From Candidatus Levyibacteriota bacterium (GTDB lineage: Bacteria > Patescibacteriota > Microgenomatia > Levybacterales > UBA12049): DNA of 64,000 nucleotides. Made by a program: the position numbers and the translations under genes. Location of the stretch: assembly GCA_003152105.1 (NCBI GenBank), contig PLZJ01000002.1, positions 685,140 through 749,139 on the forward strand, read 5' to 3'. This document shows, one piece after another, positions 31,433-41,329 of this stretch (positions are counted from its first letter, which is position 1; every line of letters starts with the position of its first letter). The notes beneath the pieces were generated by a model. It ran no database searches, had not been told where the DNA came from, and saw nothing but the letters and a program-made list of their open reading frames with translations.

Positions 31433-32395
31433 TTAGGCGGTAATTTGATTGTCATTATACCACAGAAAAGTCTTTATGAGCCCTTCTTTTAAAGAAATTT
31501 TTGGAGTAAATCCTAAGCTTTTAATTTTATGTACATCAGGTAATCTTCTTGTTACCGATCCATCTGGCGATTTGGTAGATTTAATTGATATAGATGTTTT
31601 TGTAATTTGAGATAATATGGCAATAATTTCCTGAATTGTAACTTCTTTAGAAGTACCAATATTATATATTCCGCGATTTTTAGATTTGCTTAGTAATAAG
31701 TATAAGCAGTCTGTAAAATCATCAATATATATAAAAGATCTCTTACTTAGGCCATCTCCTTGAATGGGCAAGGAAATGGACTTGTTATTTTTAGTTGTTA
31801 ATTTTAGTATTTTAGATATAAGTTCAGGAATAACATGTTCGTACCCCATTTGTGGACCGTATACATTATGGGGTCTAAAAATTACTATTTTTTCAAATAT
31901 TTTAGAGCCGTTATAAAGCGTTAAAAGTTCACTTATAATTTTACCACCTGCATAAGAGTAGCGAGGATTATATAAGTCCGGAATAGATAAAGGCACATTT
32001 TCAGGTGTAGGAAAAACAGGTGGAGTTTGGTACACTTCTGAGCTTGATGCTAGAAATAATTCTTTCACGTGATTCTTTTTACCGGCGTCTAAAACATTAA
32101 TCATTCCTTTAACTCCCACTTCTAATACTAATTCAGGTTTTTCATAAAAATATTTTGTTCCATTAACAAAAGCAAGATGTACAACAGAATCAATATTTTG
32201 ACAAGCTTGATTTACTGTATTTATATTTCTTACATCACCTGCAATAAATTCAAAATGATTGTTATTGGATATTTGTAATCTATTTCCACGAGATTGATCA
32301 TCTAAAACCCTCACAAAATGATTATTTGATAAAAGCTTATTAACTAATGAAGATCCAATAAAACCCGAACCACCAGTAATCAAATATTTTTTCAT
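31433..32395 (-). CDS. NAD-dependent epimerase/dehydratase (UDP-glucuronate decarboxylase-like SDR)
   Basis: TGGSGFIGS, ASSSEVY, PRYSYAGGK, NVYGP. Confidence 0.8.
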   Translation of the reverse strand: MKKYLITGGSGFIGSSLVNKLLSNNHFVRVLDDQSRGNRLQISNNNHFEFIAGDVRNINTVNQACQNIDSVVHLAFVNGTKYFYEKPELVLEVGVKGMINVLDAGKKNHVKELFLASSSEVYQTPPVFPTPENVPLSIPDLYNPRYSYAGGKIISELLTLYNGSKIFEKIVIFRPHNVYGPQMGYEHVIPELISKILKLTTKNNKSISLPIQGDGLSKRSFIYIDDFTDCLYLLLSKSKNRGIYNIGTSKEVTIQEIIAILSQITKTSISIKSTKSPDGSVTRRLPDVHKIKSLGFTPKISLKEGLIKTFLWYNDNQITA

Positions 32396-32534
32396 TTGTA
32401 GAAATATTATAACTAGAATTAGTTTGTTTGTATAGCATTTTTGAAAATTTAATTTGCAATTATTTACATAACTAGTTTATAATCTGAAAACAATAATATA
32501 CTTATATAAATTTCTAATAATTAATACTTAAATC

Positions 32535-33800
32535 ATGGTGAAAAATAAACAACTTAAAAAAATTGCAGTTATAGGAATTGGTAGAGTTGGACTTCCTTTA
32601 GCTCTTGTTCTTGCAGACCAAAATTATTTTGTATATGGAATTGGAAGAACTAAAGAAAAAATAAATGATATTAATAAAGGGAAAATGCCTTTTCTTGAGA
32701 AAGGTGCTTTAAACCTACTCAAAAAAACTTTACATAAAACATTTATTTGTACAACAGATTATTCGGAAATTAAAAACTGTGATTATATAATCATGACACT
32801 TGGAACTCCAGTTGATGAAAATATGAATCCCTTACTGAATCAAATTAACGAATCATTGGAAAGTGCTATGCCATATTTTAAAACTGGCCAAACTTTAATT
32901 CTAAGAAGTACAGTCTCGCCAAAAACTACATTATATGTAGCTTCTTTATTAGAAGATTCCGGAAAATTAAAAATTGGTAAAAATTTCTTTCTTGCTTTTT
33001 GCCCTGAAAGGATATCAGAGGGTAAGTCAATTGAAGAAATAACAACAATTCCTCAAATAATTGGAGGAGTAGACCCTAAAAGCGCATTAAAAGCAAAAGA
33101 ATTATTTACATCAATTAAAGTAGAAACACTAATAACTGACTCAACAAGTGCTGAGCTCGCGAAATTATTTACTAACATGTATCGATATATTAATTTTGCA
33201 ATTTCAAATGAATTCATGGTTCTGGCAAATAATTATGGTAAGAATATCCATGAAATAGTTAACTTAGTTAACTATAAATATAAAAGAGGTGGATTGTCAT
33301 TACCTGGACTAACTGGAGGACCTTGTTTATTTAAAGATGGTTTCTTTCTAATTGCAGATATACCATATGCTGAACTTATTTCCACAAGTTGGAAGATAAA
33401 TGAATCTATCCCTTTATTTTTAATAAAACTTATTAAAGAAAAAATAGAGCTTAAACATAAAAGGGTGGCTTTACTTGGTATGTCATTTAAATCTGAAATT
33501 GACGATATCCGAGAATCTTTAAGTTTTAAAATTCGCAATTCACTTTTAAGAGAAAGAGCAATTATTAAGATGCATGACCCATATGTCAAAAGCTATAAAA
33601 ACCAGATTATTGAAAATAATGTGTACGAAAGTTTTAAAATGGCAGATTTAATTATCGTTGCAACTAATCATGCCATGTATAGAAAACTAGATATAGCAAA
33701 AATTAAGTTTCTTGCTAAAAAAAATTGTTATGTTTGTGACGTATGGAACAATTTTAATACCAATAAAGTAATATTTAAATTAAAAGATTTATCTTCTTAA
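32535..33800 (+). CDS. Nucleotide-sugar 6-dehydrogenase (Ugd/WecC family)
   Basis: GIGRVGLP, LRSTV, CPERI.EG, AELAKL..N, GGPCL.KD, DDIRES. Confidence 0.9.
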   Translation: MVKNKQLKKIAVIGIGRVGLPLALVLADQNYFVYGIGRTKEKINDINKGKMPFLEKGALNLLKKTLHKTFICTTDYSEIKNCDYIIMTLGTPVDENMNPLLNQINESLESAMPYFKTGQTLILRSTVSPKTTLYVASLLEDSGKLKIGKNFFLAFCPERISEGKSIEEITTIPQIIGGVDPKSALKAKELFTSIKVETLITDSTSAELAKLFTNMYRYINFAISNEFMVLANNYGKNIHEIVNLVNYKYKRGGLSLPGLTGGPCLFKDGFFLIADIPYAELISTSWKINESIPLFLIKLIKEKIELKHKRVALLGMSFKSEIDDIRESLSFKIRNSLLRERAIIKMHDPYVKSYKNQIIENNVYESFKMADLIIVATNHAMYRKLDIAKIKFLAKKNCYVCDVWNNFNTNKVIFKLKDLSS

Positions 33801-33884
33801 CTATAACTTAAAAATATCTGAATAATACCATTTGTTTTTAAGACATAATTGTATATAATATTTAATATTGTAATTTCATTTTAA

Positions 33885-34937
33885 ATGATAAAAAATAAAA
33901 AAACTGCGATTAATAAATTTTGGCATGACAAGAGAATTTTAATAACTGGTGGTGCTTCATTTATCGGATCTAACCTAGTCGATACATTACTCGAAGAACA
34001 TAATCCAAAGTCAATTAGAGTCGTAGATAATTTAAGTAGTGGATTACTTAAGAATATTAATAGTCATATAAAAAATAAAAATATTGAATTTGTAAAAGGA
34101 GATTTACGAGATAGTACGGTTGCAAAATCCGCCACAAAAAAAATTGATGTAATTTTTCATCTAGCTGCTGATCATGGAGGTAGGGGATATGTTGATTTAC
34201 ATCAAGCGGGTCCAGCATCTAACTTTATGTTGGATGGTATGATATTTCGAGAAGCACTTAAACAAAATGTTAAGAAAATTGTATTTGCTTCTTCAGGATG
34301 TGTATATCCAAATTACATACAAACTAATATAAAAAAGAAATTATATTTAACCGAAGAACTAGTAGTCCCTCCATATGATGCAGATAACTTGTATGGTTGG
34401 GCCAAATTAATGGCTGAGTTGACACTAAAGGCATATCATCAAGAATACGGGATGCAAACAGCATCTTGTAGATATTTTACTGTCTACGGTCCAAGAGGAG
34501 TTGAGAATCATGCAGTTATTGCTATGATTGCTCGATCTTTTATAAAACAAAATCCATATCAAATCTGGGGTGATGGACAGCAAATACGAAATTGGACATA
34601 TATTAATGATATTGTATCGGGAACAATTAAAACTGCAGAGAAAATAAATAATGGAACAGCACTGAATTTAGGTACTATGGAAAGAATAAAAGTAATAGAT
34701 GCAGTAAATCAAATTCTCAATTATACAAATTTTCATCCAAAACTAAAATTTCTACCTACTATGCCAACTGGACCAGTTAATCGAGTTGCTGATAATAAAC
34801 TTGCAAAGAGATTACTCAATTGGGAACCAAAAACACTTTTCTCAGAAGGTGTCAAAAAAACAATTGATTGGTATTATTCAAATAAAAAAAGAGATGAAAT
34901 TGAACATAATTTTTCAAAACTAATAATAGAAAGATAA
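33885..34937 (+). CDS. NAD-dependent epimerase, GDP-mannose 3,5-epimerase-like
   Basis: TGGASFIGS, LAADHGGRG, ASSGCVY, YGWAK. Confidence 0.75.
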   Translation: MIKNKKTAINKFWHDKRILITGGASFIGSNLVDTLLEEHNPKSIRVVDNLSSGLLKNINSHIKNKNIEFVKGDLRDSTVAKSATKKIDVIFHLAADHGGRGYVDLHQAGPASNFMLDGMIFREALKQNVKKIVFASSGCVYPNYIQTNIKKKLYLTEELVVPPYDADNLYGWAKLMAELTLKAYHQEYGMQTASCRYFTVYGPRGVENHAVIAMIARSFIKQNPYQIWGDGQQIRNWTYINDIVSGTIKTAEKINNGTALNLGTMERIKVIDAVNQILNYTNFHPKLKFLPTMPTGPVNRVADNKLAKRLLNWEPKTLFSEGVKKTIDWYYSNKKRDEIEHNFSKLIIER

Positions 34938-35924
34938 ATGATTTCTTATCCAATAGTTGTAACCACAATATTTCCTCCTTCAAAGGCTATTAAGCTATAC
35001 GTTAAGTACAAACATAAATTAATCGTTATCGGAGATAGTAAAACCCCGTCTAACTGGAAATATAAGAATTGTGATTATTATCCAATAGCTTCTCAACATA
35101 AAATGTTTCCTACATTTTCGAAAATAATTCCATTAAATCACTATGCAAGAAAAAATTTAGGATATTTAATTGCAATGAAGGCATGTAGTAGTTTTATTGA
35201 AACTGATGATGATACATTTCCGTATGATCATTTTCCTAAGTTAATTAATGGAAAAACTATAACTTTGATTAAATCAAAGGAATTATTTTTTAATGCTTAT
35301 AAATATGCAACTTTTGGAAAAACAACTGTTTGGCAAAGGGGATATCCATTGCAACTGATATTAAATAAATCCAATTTTCTTGAAAAAAGCTTGTTATCAA
35401 ATAATTATGAATTTCCGATTCAACAGGGATTAATAAACGGAGACACAGATGTTGATGCAATATATAGATTAGTAAACAATGAAAAAATAACTTTTAAAAG
35501 TAATTGTAATTTTTCAATTGATTCAGGAGTGTATTCTCCAATAAATTCACAGAATACTTTTTGGAAAAGAAATGCCTTCTTATTTATGTATCTGCCTAGT
35601 TTTGTTTCACCACGAGTCACGGACATTTATAGAGGATATATTGCACAAAGAATGTTAAAAGAAATAAATGAATACGTTTCTTTTACTGCACCCTCTACTT
35701 ATCAAATAAGAAATCCGCATAATTATATTAAAGATTTTAAAGACGAAATGGATTTATATCTTTCAATTGAGGAATTTGTAACTTGTTTAGACAAAATGAA
35801 ACTTAATGGATCGATTGAAAATAAATATTTAATGCTATTTAAGCAGTTAAACAAATATGGTTTTATCATTCAGGATGAAATAGATGCAGTTTCTCATTGG
35901 ATTAAGGAAGTTTCTAAGCTTTAA
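34938..35924 (+). CDS. STELLO/DUF288-like glycosyltransferase
   Basis: IVVTTI.PP, VIGD.KTP..W, YARKNLGYL.A, ETDDD, RGYP, DVDAIYRL, NSQNT, RVTDI.R. Confidence 0.8.
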   Translation: MISYPIVVTTIFPPSKAIKLYVKYKHKLIVIGDSKTPSNWKYKNCDYYPIASQHKMFPTFSKIIPLNHYARKNLGYLIAMKACSSFIETDDDTFPYDHFPKLINGKTITLIKSKELFFNAYKYATFGKTTVWQRGYPLQLILNKSNFLEKSLLSNNYEFPIQQGLINGDTDVDAIYRLVNNEKITFKSNCNFSIDSGVYSPINSQNTFWKRNAFLFMYLPSFVSPRVTDIYRGYIAQRMLKEINEYVSFTAPSTYQIRNPHNYIKDFKDEMDLYLSIEEFVTCLDKMKLNGSIENKYLMLFKQLNKYGFIIQDEIDAVSHWIKEVSKL

Positions 35925-36636
35925 CTGGGTAAGTAGATTTATCTAGAATTTCACGAACAAAAGTTTTTAAATTTAAATATCCAGTAGGTATAGATTTAAA
36001 ATTCGTATCTCCAAATAGTCGTTTTCCTTCAATGGAAGGAAATTCATAAAATTTCAATTTATATTTCAATCCTCTTATGACCATTTGGCAATCTATAGTT
36101 CTATCTTCTGTATCAAGATGTAATTTGTCATATGCTAGAATGTTAATTCCCCGAAATCCTTGTACTATTTCTGAAACATATCCGTTTTTATTCCATAAAG
36201 CATTAATGATAATCGCAAAACAAATATTAAACCATTTTCGAGGTTTTAAAAAGGTATCGTCTTCTTCATTCTGACCACCTTTAATCATTCGAGAAGGAAT
36301 TACGAATTCATACCCTAACCGTAATGCATCTGCAATTTTACCAATATCTTCTGGGTTTTCATTACCGTCAGGATGATAAAGTATCATGGCATTTGTGGAG
36401 CAATGTGATCTTGCTTCAAAAACTGCAGCACCTAAGCCACGTTTTTTTTGTGTAAATACCTTGATTCCCTTTTTTTTGTAAAATTCGATTGTTCCATCTG
36501 TAGAATTTCCATCAATTACATATACCTCGTCAACAGATTTTAATGGAATTTTGGGAAACAAAATTTCTGATGCTTTTCTTTCATTCATTGCTAGTATTGC
36601 TAAGCTCACTTTTATTTTTTTTGTAGGTAATTTCAT
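35914..36636 (-). CDS. GT2 polyprenol-phosphate glycosyltransferase-like
   Basis: IDGNSTDGT, HPDGNE.P.DI, SRM..GG, EFPSIEGKR..G. Confidence 0.82.
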   Translation of the reverse strand: MKLPTKKIKVSLAILAMNERKASEILFPKIPLKSVDEVYVIDGNSTDGTIEFYKKKGIKVFTQKKRGLGAAVFEARSHCSTNAMILYHPDGNENPEDIGKIADALRLGYEFVIPSRMIKGGQNEEDDTFLKPRKWFNICFAIIINALWNKNGYVSEIVQGFRGINILAYDKLHLDTEDRTIDCQMVIRGLKYKLKFYEFPSIEGKRLFGDTNFKSIPTGYLNLKTFVREILDKSTYPVKA

Positions 36637-36701
36637 AGATTTAGATTTTTATATATGTTATTATTGCAAATAGTTTTAGCTTTAATAATGATATTTTATA
36701 A

Positions 36702-38225
36702 ATGAAAAAAATATTCACTAATACTTATACAATTTCCATTTTGCTATTTGTAATAGGTATTTGTACAAGGATACCATTTCTTGAACATTTTCAATCTCAT
36801 TGGGATGGAGCAGAATATAGTATGGCTATATTACATTATTCATTAGTTCAAGATACTCCATCGCCGCCTGGATATCCATTATACATTTTTTTAGGAAAAA
36901 TAATATATCAATTTGTACATAATCCACATACCGCTTTGCTTATCGTGAGTGTGTTGTTTAGTGGATTAACCGCTTATTTATTTTTTATACTGGGAAGTAT
37001 ATTTTTAAATAAAGAAATAGGCATAATTGCATCCCTAATTTATTTATCTTCTCCTGTATTTTATTTTTTAGGAATTACCGCACACGGCTATGGAATTACA
37101 GTCGCACCGTTATTATTACTTATCATTTTAATAGTTAGAGTTATTAAGTATAAAAAGTCGCATCCTATACTACTTGGCATATTATTTTCAATTACAATTG
37201 GAATTAGACCTCAAGATAGTATTTTTACAACTGGCTTATTTTTATATAGTTTATTTATCATAAATAAGCCAGACAAGATTAAAGCTATTATTTCATTTTT
37301 ATTATTTACCACATTATGGTTTATTCCAATATTGTCTTTAGTTGGGGGATTAATCCCATACTTACAAAGTCTTAAGAATGCAACTACTACAAATGCAATT
37401 CCACTACCAACTTTTACAATCATTGAAGGAAATATTTTTCAGGTTATAAGAGGTATATTTCTGACGTTTGGAATAGGTATAATTATTTTTATTTCAACTA
37501 TCAAATTTATACATAAAAAGAATTTTATTAAAGTTAAAAAAAATAAATATTATATTTTATTTTTGGTTTGGATATTACCTGCTTTTCTATTTAATATAAT
37601 AATCAGAAGTGATCAACCTGGTCATCAAGTATCTTATTTAGCTGGGTTAATTGTGGTATTTTCTGTACTTATTTTTGAAAGTTTTAAAGGGTATACAAAG
37701 GTAATGTATGTCATTGTTATGATAATTTGTATATTCAATATTTATAATTTCTTTAGAGATCGTGACCCTGATTACAAACTTGTTTATACTCCTACATCAT
37801 TTCATTATAGCGAAATACAAAAAAATGATATACAGCTTGGGTCAATTATTCCGTATATTGTTAAACATTTTAATCCAAATAAAACAATAATTATTACTAG
37901 TGCGCAGCCTTGGAGACCTTTAACATATCATTTAAATAAATTTGAAGTTATCGATCTAGAAGGTTTATATACAAATGATTCACATTATACTTCGGTTGAG
38001 CAAATTGGAAACTATTTAACTATGCAAGTACAATCAAATAAAAAAATGGAGTTTCAAATACCAAAAAAAGTTTACTCTTTAGTATTTACGGTTGCAAGTA
38101 CCTGCTCATATATTCACCAAGCACATATTAAACTACCTGGGAATACTTGTTTAACTGTTTTAAAAGTAAAACCAAATCAAGTATTTTCTTATAAAATTAA
38201 TAGATTTGCTAATATTTCAAAATGA
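36702..38225 (+). CDS. GT-C-type membrane glycosyltransferase (PMT_2/DUF2723-like)
   Basis: HWDG.EY, P.PPGYPLY, GIRPQD; about 11 TMs. Confidence 0.72.
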   Translation: MKKIFTNTYTISILLFVIGICTRIPFLEHFQSHWDGAEYSMAILHYSLVQDTPSPPGYPLYIFLGKIIYQFVHNPHTALLIVSVLFSGLTAYLFFILGSIFLNKEIGIIASLIYLSSPVFYFLGITAHGYGITVAPLLLLIILIVRVIKYKKSHPILLGILFSITIGIRPQDSIFTTGLFLYSLFIINKPDKIKAIISFLLFTTLWFIPILSLVGGLIPYLQSLKNATTTNAIPLPTFTIIEGNIFQVIRGIFLTFGIGIIIFISTIKFIHKKNFIKVKKNKYYILFLVWILPAFLFNIIIRSDQPGHQVSYLAGLIVVFSVLIFESFKGYTKVMYVIVMIICIFNIYNFFRDRDPDYKLVYTPTSFHYSEIQKNDIQLGSIIPYIVKHFNPNKTIIITSAQPWRPLTYHLNKFEVIDLEGLYTNDSHYTSVEQIGNYLTMQVQSNKKMEFQIPKKVYSLVFTVASTCSYIHQAHIKLPGNTCLTVLKVKPNQVFSYKINRFANISK

Positions 38226-38689
38226 ATCTAAAAAAATATATATATTTATGTTTCTTTGCCTGTATTGGATTATGGTTTCTGCTATCAATCGCAAGAACTG
38301 CATTTGATTTTGTGAGAATTATTCCAGAAGAAAAAGAGTGGCATGGACTGAGTTATGATCAAGAAAGATTTAAGCTGTTTGGAAATGATTATGCACTCAT
38401 TAAATTAATGAAAAAATATATAGCAAATAAATCTTATATTATCTTTATTTCAAAAGATGGGGAAGCATTTTATTTGTCAAGATATTACTTATACCCGTCC
38501 AATATGCTATTTGTCCAGTCACCCATAGATTTAAGAAACATAAATACAAAAAAATATTCAACTATAGTTGAATATCCAAATATAGTTAGTCTAAAGCCAT
38601 ATCTTGGTGCATTAGTGAATAATTATTCAATTGCATATCGTTTACAAGCAAAAGGTAATAGTAAAGAGATATTGAGGTTAAAAAAATGA
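38222..38689 (+). CDS. Membrane-anchored hypothetical protein
   Basis: Single N-terminal TM; ATGA-coupled on both sides. Confidence 0.7.
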   Translation: MNLKKYIYLCFFACIGLWFLLSIARTAFDFVRIIPEEKEWHGLSYDQERFKLFGNDYALIKLMKKYIANKSYIIFISKDGEAFYLSRYYLYPSNMLFVQSPIDLRNINTKKYSTIVEYPNIVSLKPYLGALVNNYSIAYRLQAKGNSKEILRLKK

Positions 38690-40005
38690 GTATTCTAAAC
38701 ATTTTATTATCAGCTACGTTACTTTTTGGAGCGGGTTTTAGTTTTCTGCAATTATTTTCAGTATTTAGGAAAAGTAGCATTATTGAAATTCTCTCAATTT
38801 CTTATGGTATAGGAGTAGCATTAATTTCATTTCAGCTTCTAATTTACGATTTACTCGGAATTAAATGGAATATAGCGTGGATTATACTGCCATGGATTTT
38901 AGTTTTCGCTTTTGTTTTATATAAAGTACCTTTTAAGAAGTTATTTAGTTTCTCAATTGTAAAATTTGATGCGTTCGAAAAAATCGTACTTTTATTGATT
39001 ATATTACTGTTGTGTTATGTAGGATTAGAATCAATTTTAAGACCACTATCAGCATGGGATGGATGGGCAACTTGGCTATTTAAATCTACAATATTTTTTA
39101 CCGATGGAAAGATAAATACAAATGCTTTAAATTTTACAGGATCCGAATATCCTTTACTGATAGGTCTTATGGGTACCTTTGGTTATTTAATGTTGGGTCA
39201 TATCGATGATAAGTTAATACTGATATTATTTTACTTATTCTACGTTTGTTTAGCTGGAATTTTTTACTATACCTGTAAAGAATTAACAAATAAGAAAACA
39301 GCTTTGATTAGTACCTTTTTATTACTATCGTTGCAAAATCTAATTAGGCATGGTGGAAGATATGATGCTGGAATGGCAGATTTGGCTCTTGGTTATTATT
39401 ATTTTGTTTGTTGTAGTTTGTTTTTAAAATTTATAAAATTTAAAAATAAAAATTCGTTTGTTTTGTTTATGTTTATGACCGGATTATTAGGTTTAGTAAA
39501 AGATGATGGTATTCCTATGACTCTATTTTTATGTATAGTCGGAGCAGTAAGTCTTTATTCAATTAAAAAATTATCTTATTTATGGATGTTATCATTCCCA
39601 ATCATAATTCTTGGTCAATGGGAATTATTTAAACTGGTATTTCATATGCCTGGAGCTCCAAAGTTTATCCAAAATCCTGAGTTTAATCGCACCATTACAG
39701 TAATACTTGGTATTAGTAAGGAATTTTTAAACCTCGAAAATTGGAATCTATTATGGATAGGATTCTTCTTATCGCTTATAATCCTTTTGATAAAAAAGCA
39801 CAAAATTGGTCTGATTATTTCACTTTTTGTAATATCTCAGCTTTTAGTTTATTACTACGTGTTCTTATCAACCTCACTCGATCCTTTAGCGCATATAAAT
39901 AATGTTATTGATCGCTTATTGCTTCATATTGCACCTGTTGCAATGCTTGTCGTTTCAATCCCATTATATTTATTGAGTAAAAGTTATAAAAACACCAAGT
40001 TATAA
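38686..40005 (+). CDS. GT-C-type membrane glycosyltransferase (ArnT-like)
   Basis: WDGWATW..K, YPLL, G.AD, VKDDG, DRLLLH. Confidence 0.72.
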   Translation: MSILNILLSATLLFGAGFSFLQLFSVFRKSSIIEILSISYGIGVALISFQLLIYDLLGIKWNIAWIILPWILVFAFVLYKVPFKKLFSFSIVKFDAFEKIVLLLIILLLCYVGLESILRPLSAWDGWATWLFKSTIFFTDGKINTNALNFTGSEYPLLIGLMGTFGYLMLGHIDDKLILILFYLFYVCLAGIFYYTCKELTNKKTALISTFLLLSLQNLIRHGGRYDAGMADLALGYYYFVCCSLFLKFIKFKNKNSFVLFMFMTGLLGLVKDDGIPMTLFLCIVGAVSLYSIKKLSYLWMLSFPIIILGQWELFKLVFHMPGAPKFIQNPEFNRTITVILGISKEFLNLENWNLLWIGFFLSLIILLIKKHKIGLIISLFVISQLLVYYYVFLSTSLDPLAHINNVIDRLLLHIAPVAMLVVSIPLYLLSKSYKNTKL

Positions 40006-41301
40006 CTTTTCTCTAATATAATTCCTAATAAATGTGCCTTGCGAAACATAAGAACCTACATTCGTAATTCCTTTTACAAATAATAGAAAATAAAAAATAG
40101 CCCCTATATTATATAAAACAAACATACACATTAAAGCTATACAAATTTTAACTGAATATTTCTTGATGAGTAATGTAATTATTTGCGATAACCCAATAGC
40201 ATACAGTGGATAGGTACTAATAAACATGCGAATACCAAAGGAAGAGCCTTGTTGCCATCCACTCCAATTCGCTATTAAATACATTTGTAATAATATAAAG
40301 ATGCTAAAAAGTGTTCCTAGGTAAGTTTGTTTTTTTATAAAAAAGAATAATCCAATGAATGCAAGTATTAATAGTGGAGTATATAGTACAAAACCTGTTT
40401 GAGAATTAAATGCTAGTCCAATTACATGAGGATTATTAAAATGAAATTGATTATCAAGCGCGTAAGGGCTTTTAAAGAAAGATCCAGTTATGTTCTTCCA
40501 TATAATCAATTCAGGAATAAATGATACGACAGTGCCAAATATAAGAAGTAAAATAGATATAAAAAATTCGATTATTTTCATTTTTTTAATTGTGATAAGT
40601 CGAGCAATATCAACAAATGGTAGAATTAAAAAAAGCAAATCTTGAGTTCTAATGAGAGCTAATATACCTACTGTAAAGCCAAGAATAAACCATTTAACAT
40701 ATGTTTGTTTTTTATGTGATTTAATAAAATACCAAAGTAAAAATGAGCTTGTTAAAAAAGATAATGGATGCGAGTTCAAAACATCTATTGATCCGTAATA
40801 AAGAAGATTAGTACCTAAAAGTAATGAAATAGATGTAATATACGAAATTGTACTATTTACATACATCTGTAAGGTTTTAATTAAAAAATATATACCTGCG
40901 ATGATAAATAGAATATTTTCTATACCTACAATAAATTGATATAAATCAGAATATCCTGAAAAAGAAAGGCTTTTATTGAATATAGTAAAGAATTTTGTTA
41001 GAAAATCCGCGAAAATAAATCCAAAAACCCAAGTAATTGACGAACCGGGAGGATACTGATACCAAGATATCTTATCAATTTTAAGATGGCTGTTGTTTGT
41101 TGGTTTTAGAGTATTATTATTTTGTGGGCTATAGATGTGTTCTAAGCCGTTGTAGAGATTTAAATCGTGATTAAAGTATAAAGCGTGAGCGTAGCTCCAA
41201 TAATAAATTCCATCTCCATAGATTGCTTGTCCAACAATTCTAAAATGAACATAAAACAATAAAAAAAATACCAAAAACAATGAAATTAACAATTTCTTCA
41301 T
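40000..41301 (-). CDS. GT-C-type membrane glycosyltransferase
   Basis: GDGIYYWSY, YPPG, SHP.SF, LIR.QD, G...YTP, W.GW..G.SFG.R; ATG 41301 (MKKLL) preferred because it removes the head-to-head overlap. Confidence 0.72.
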   Translation of the reverse strand: MKKLLISLFLVFFLLFYVHFRIVGQAIYGDGIYYWSYAHALYFNHDLNLYNGLEHIYSPQNNNTLKPTNNSHLKIDKISWYQYPPGSSITWVFGFIFADFLTKFFTIFNKSLSFSGYSDLYQFIVGIENILFIIAGIYFLIKTLQMYVNSTISYITSISLLLGTNLLYYGSIDVLNSHPLSFLTSSFLLWYFIKSHKKQTYVKWFILGFTVGILALIRTQDLLFLILPFVDIARLITIKKMKIIEFFISILLLIFGTVVSFIPELIIWKNITGSFFKSPYALDNQFHFNNPHVIGLAFNSQTGFVLYTPLLILAFIGLFFFIKKQTYLGTLFSIFILLQMYLIANWSGWQQGSSFGIRMFISTYPLYAIGLSQIITLLIKKYSVKICIALMCMFVLYNIGAIFYFLLFVKGITNVGSYVSQGTFIRNYIREKL

Positions 41302-41329
41302 GGCTGTATTTATGATAGCATATAACAAG

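Noticed and set aside
41300-41328. Apparent head-to-head overlap of two ORFs
   Set aside because: Downstream ATGs at 41301 (-) and 41330 (+) give normal N-termini and a 28-bp promoter gap
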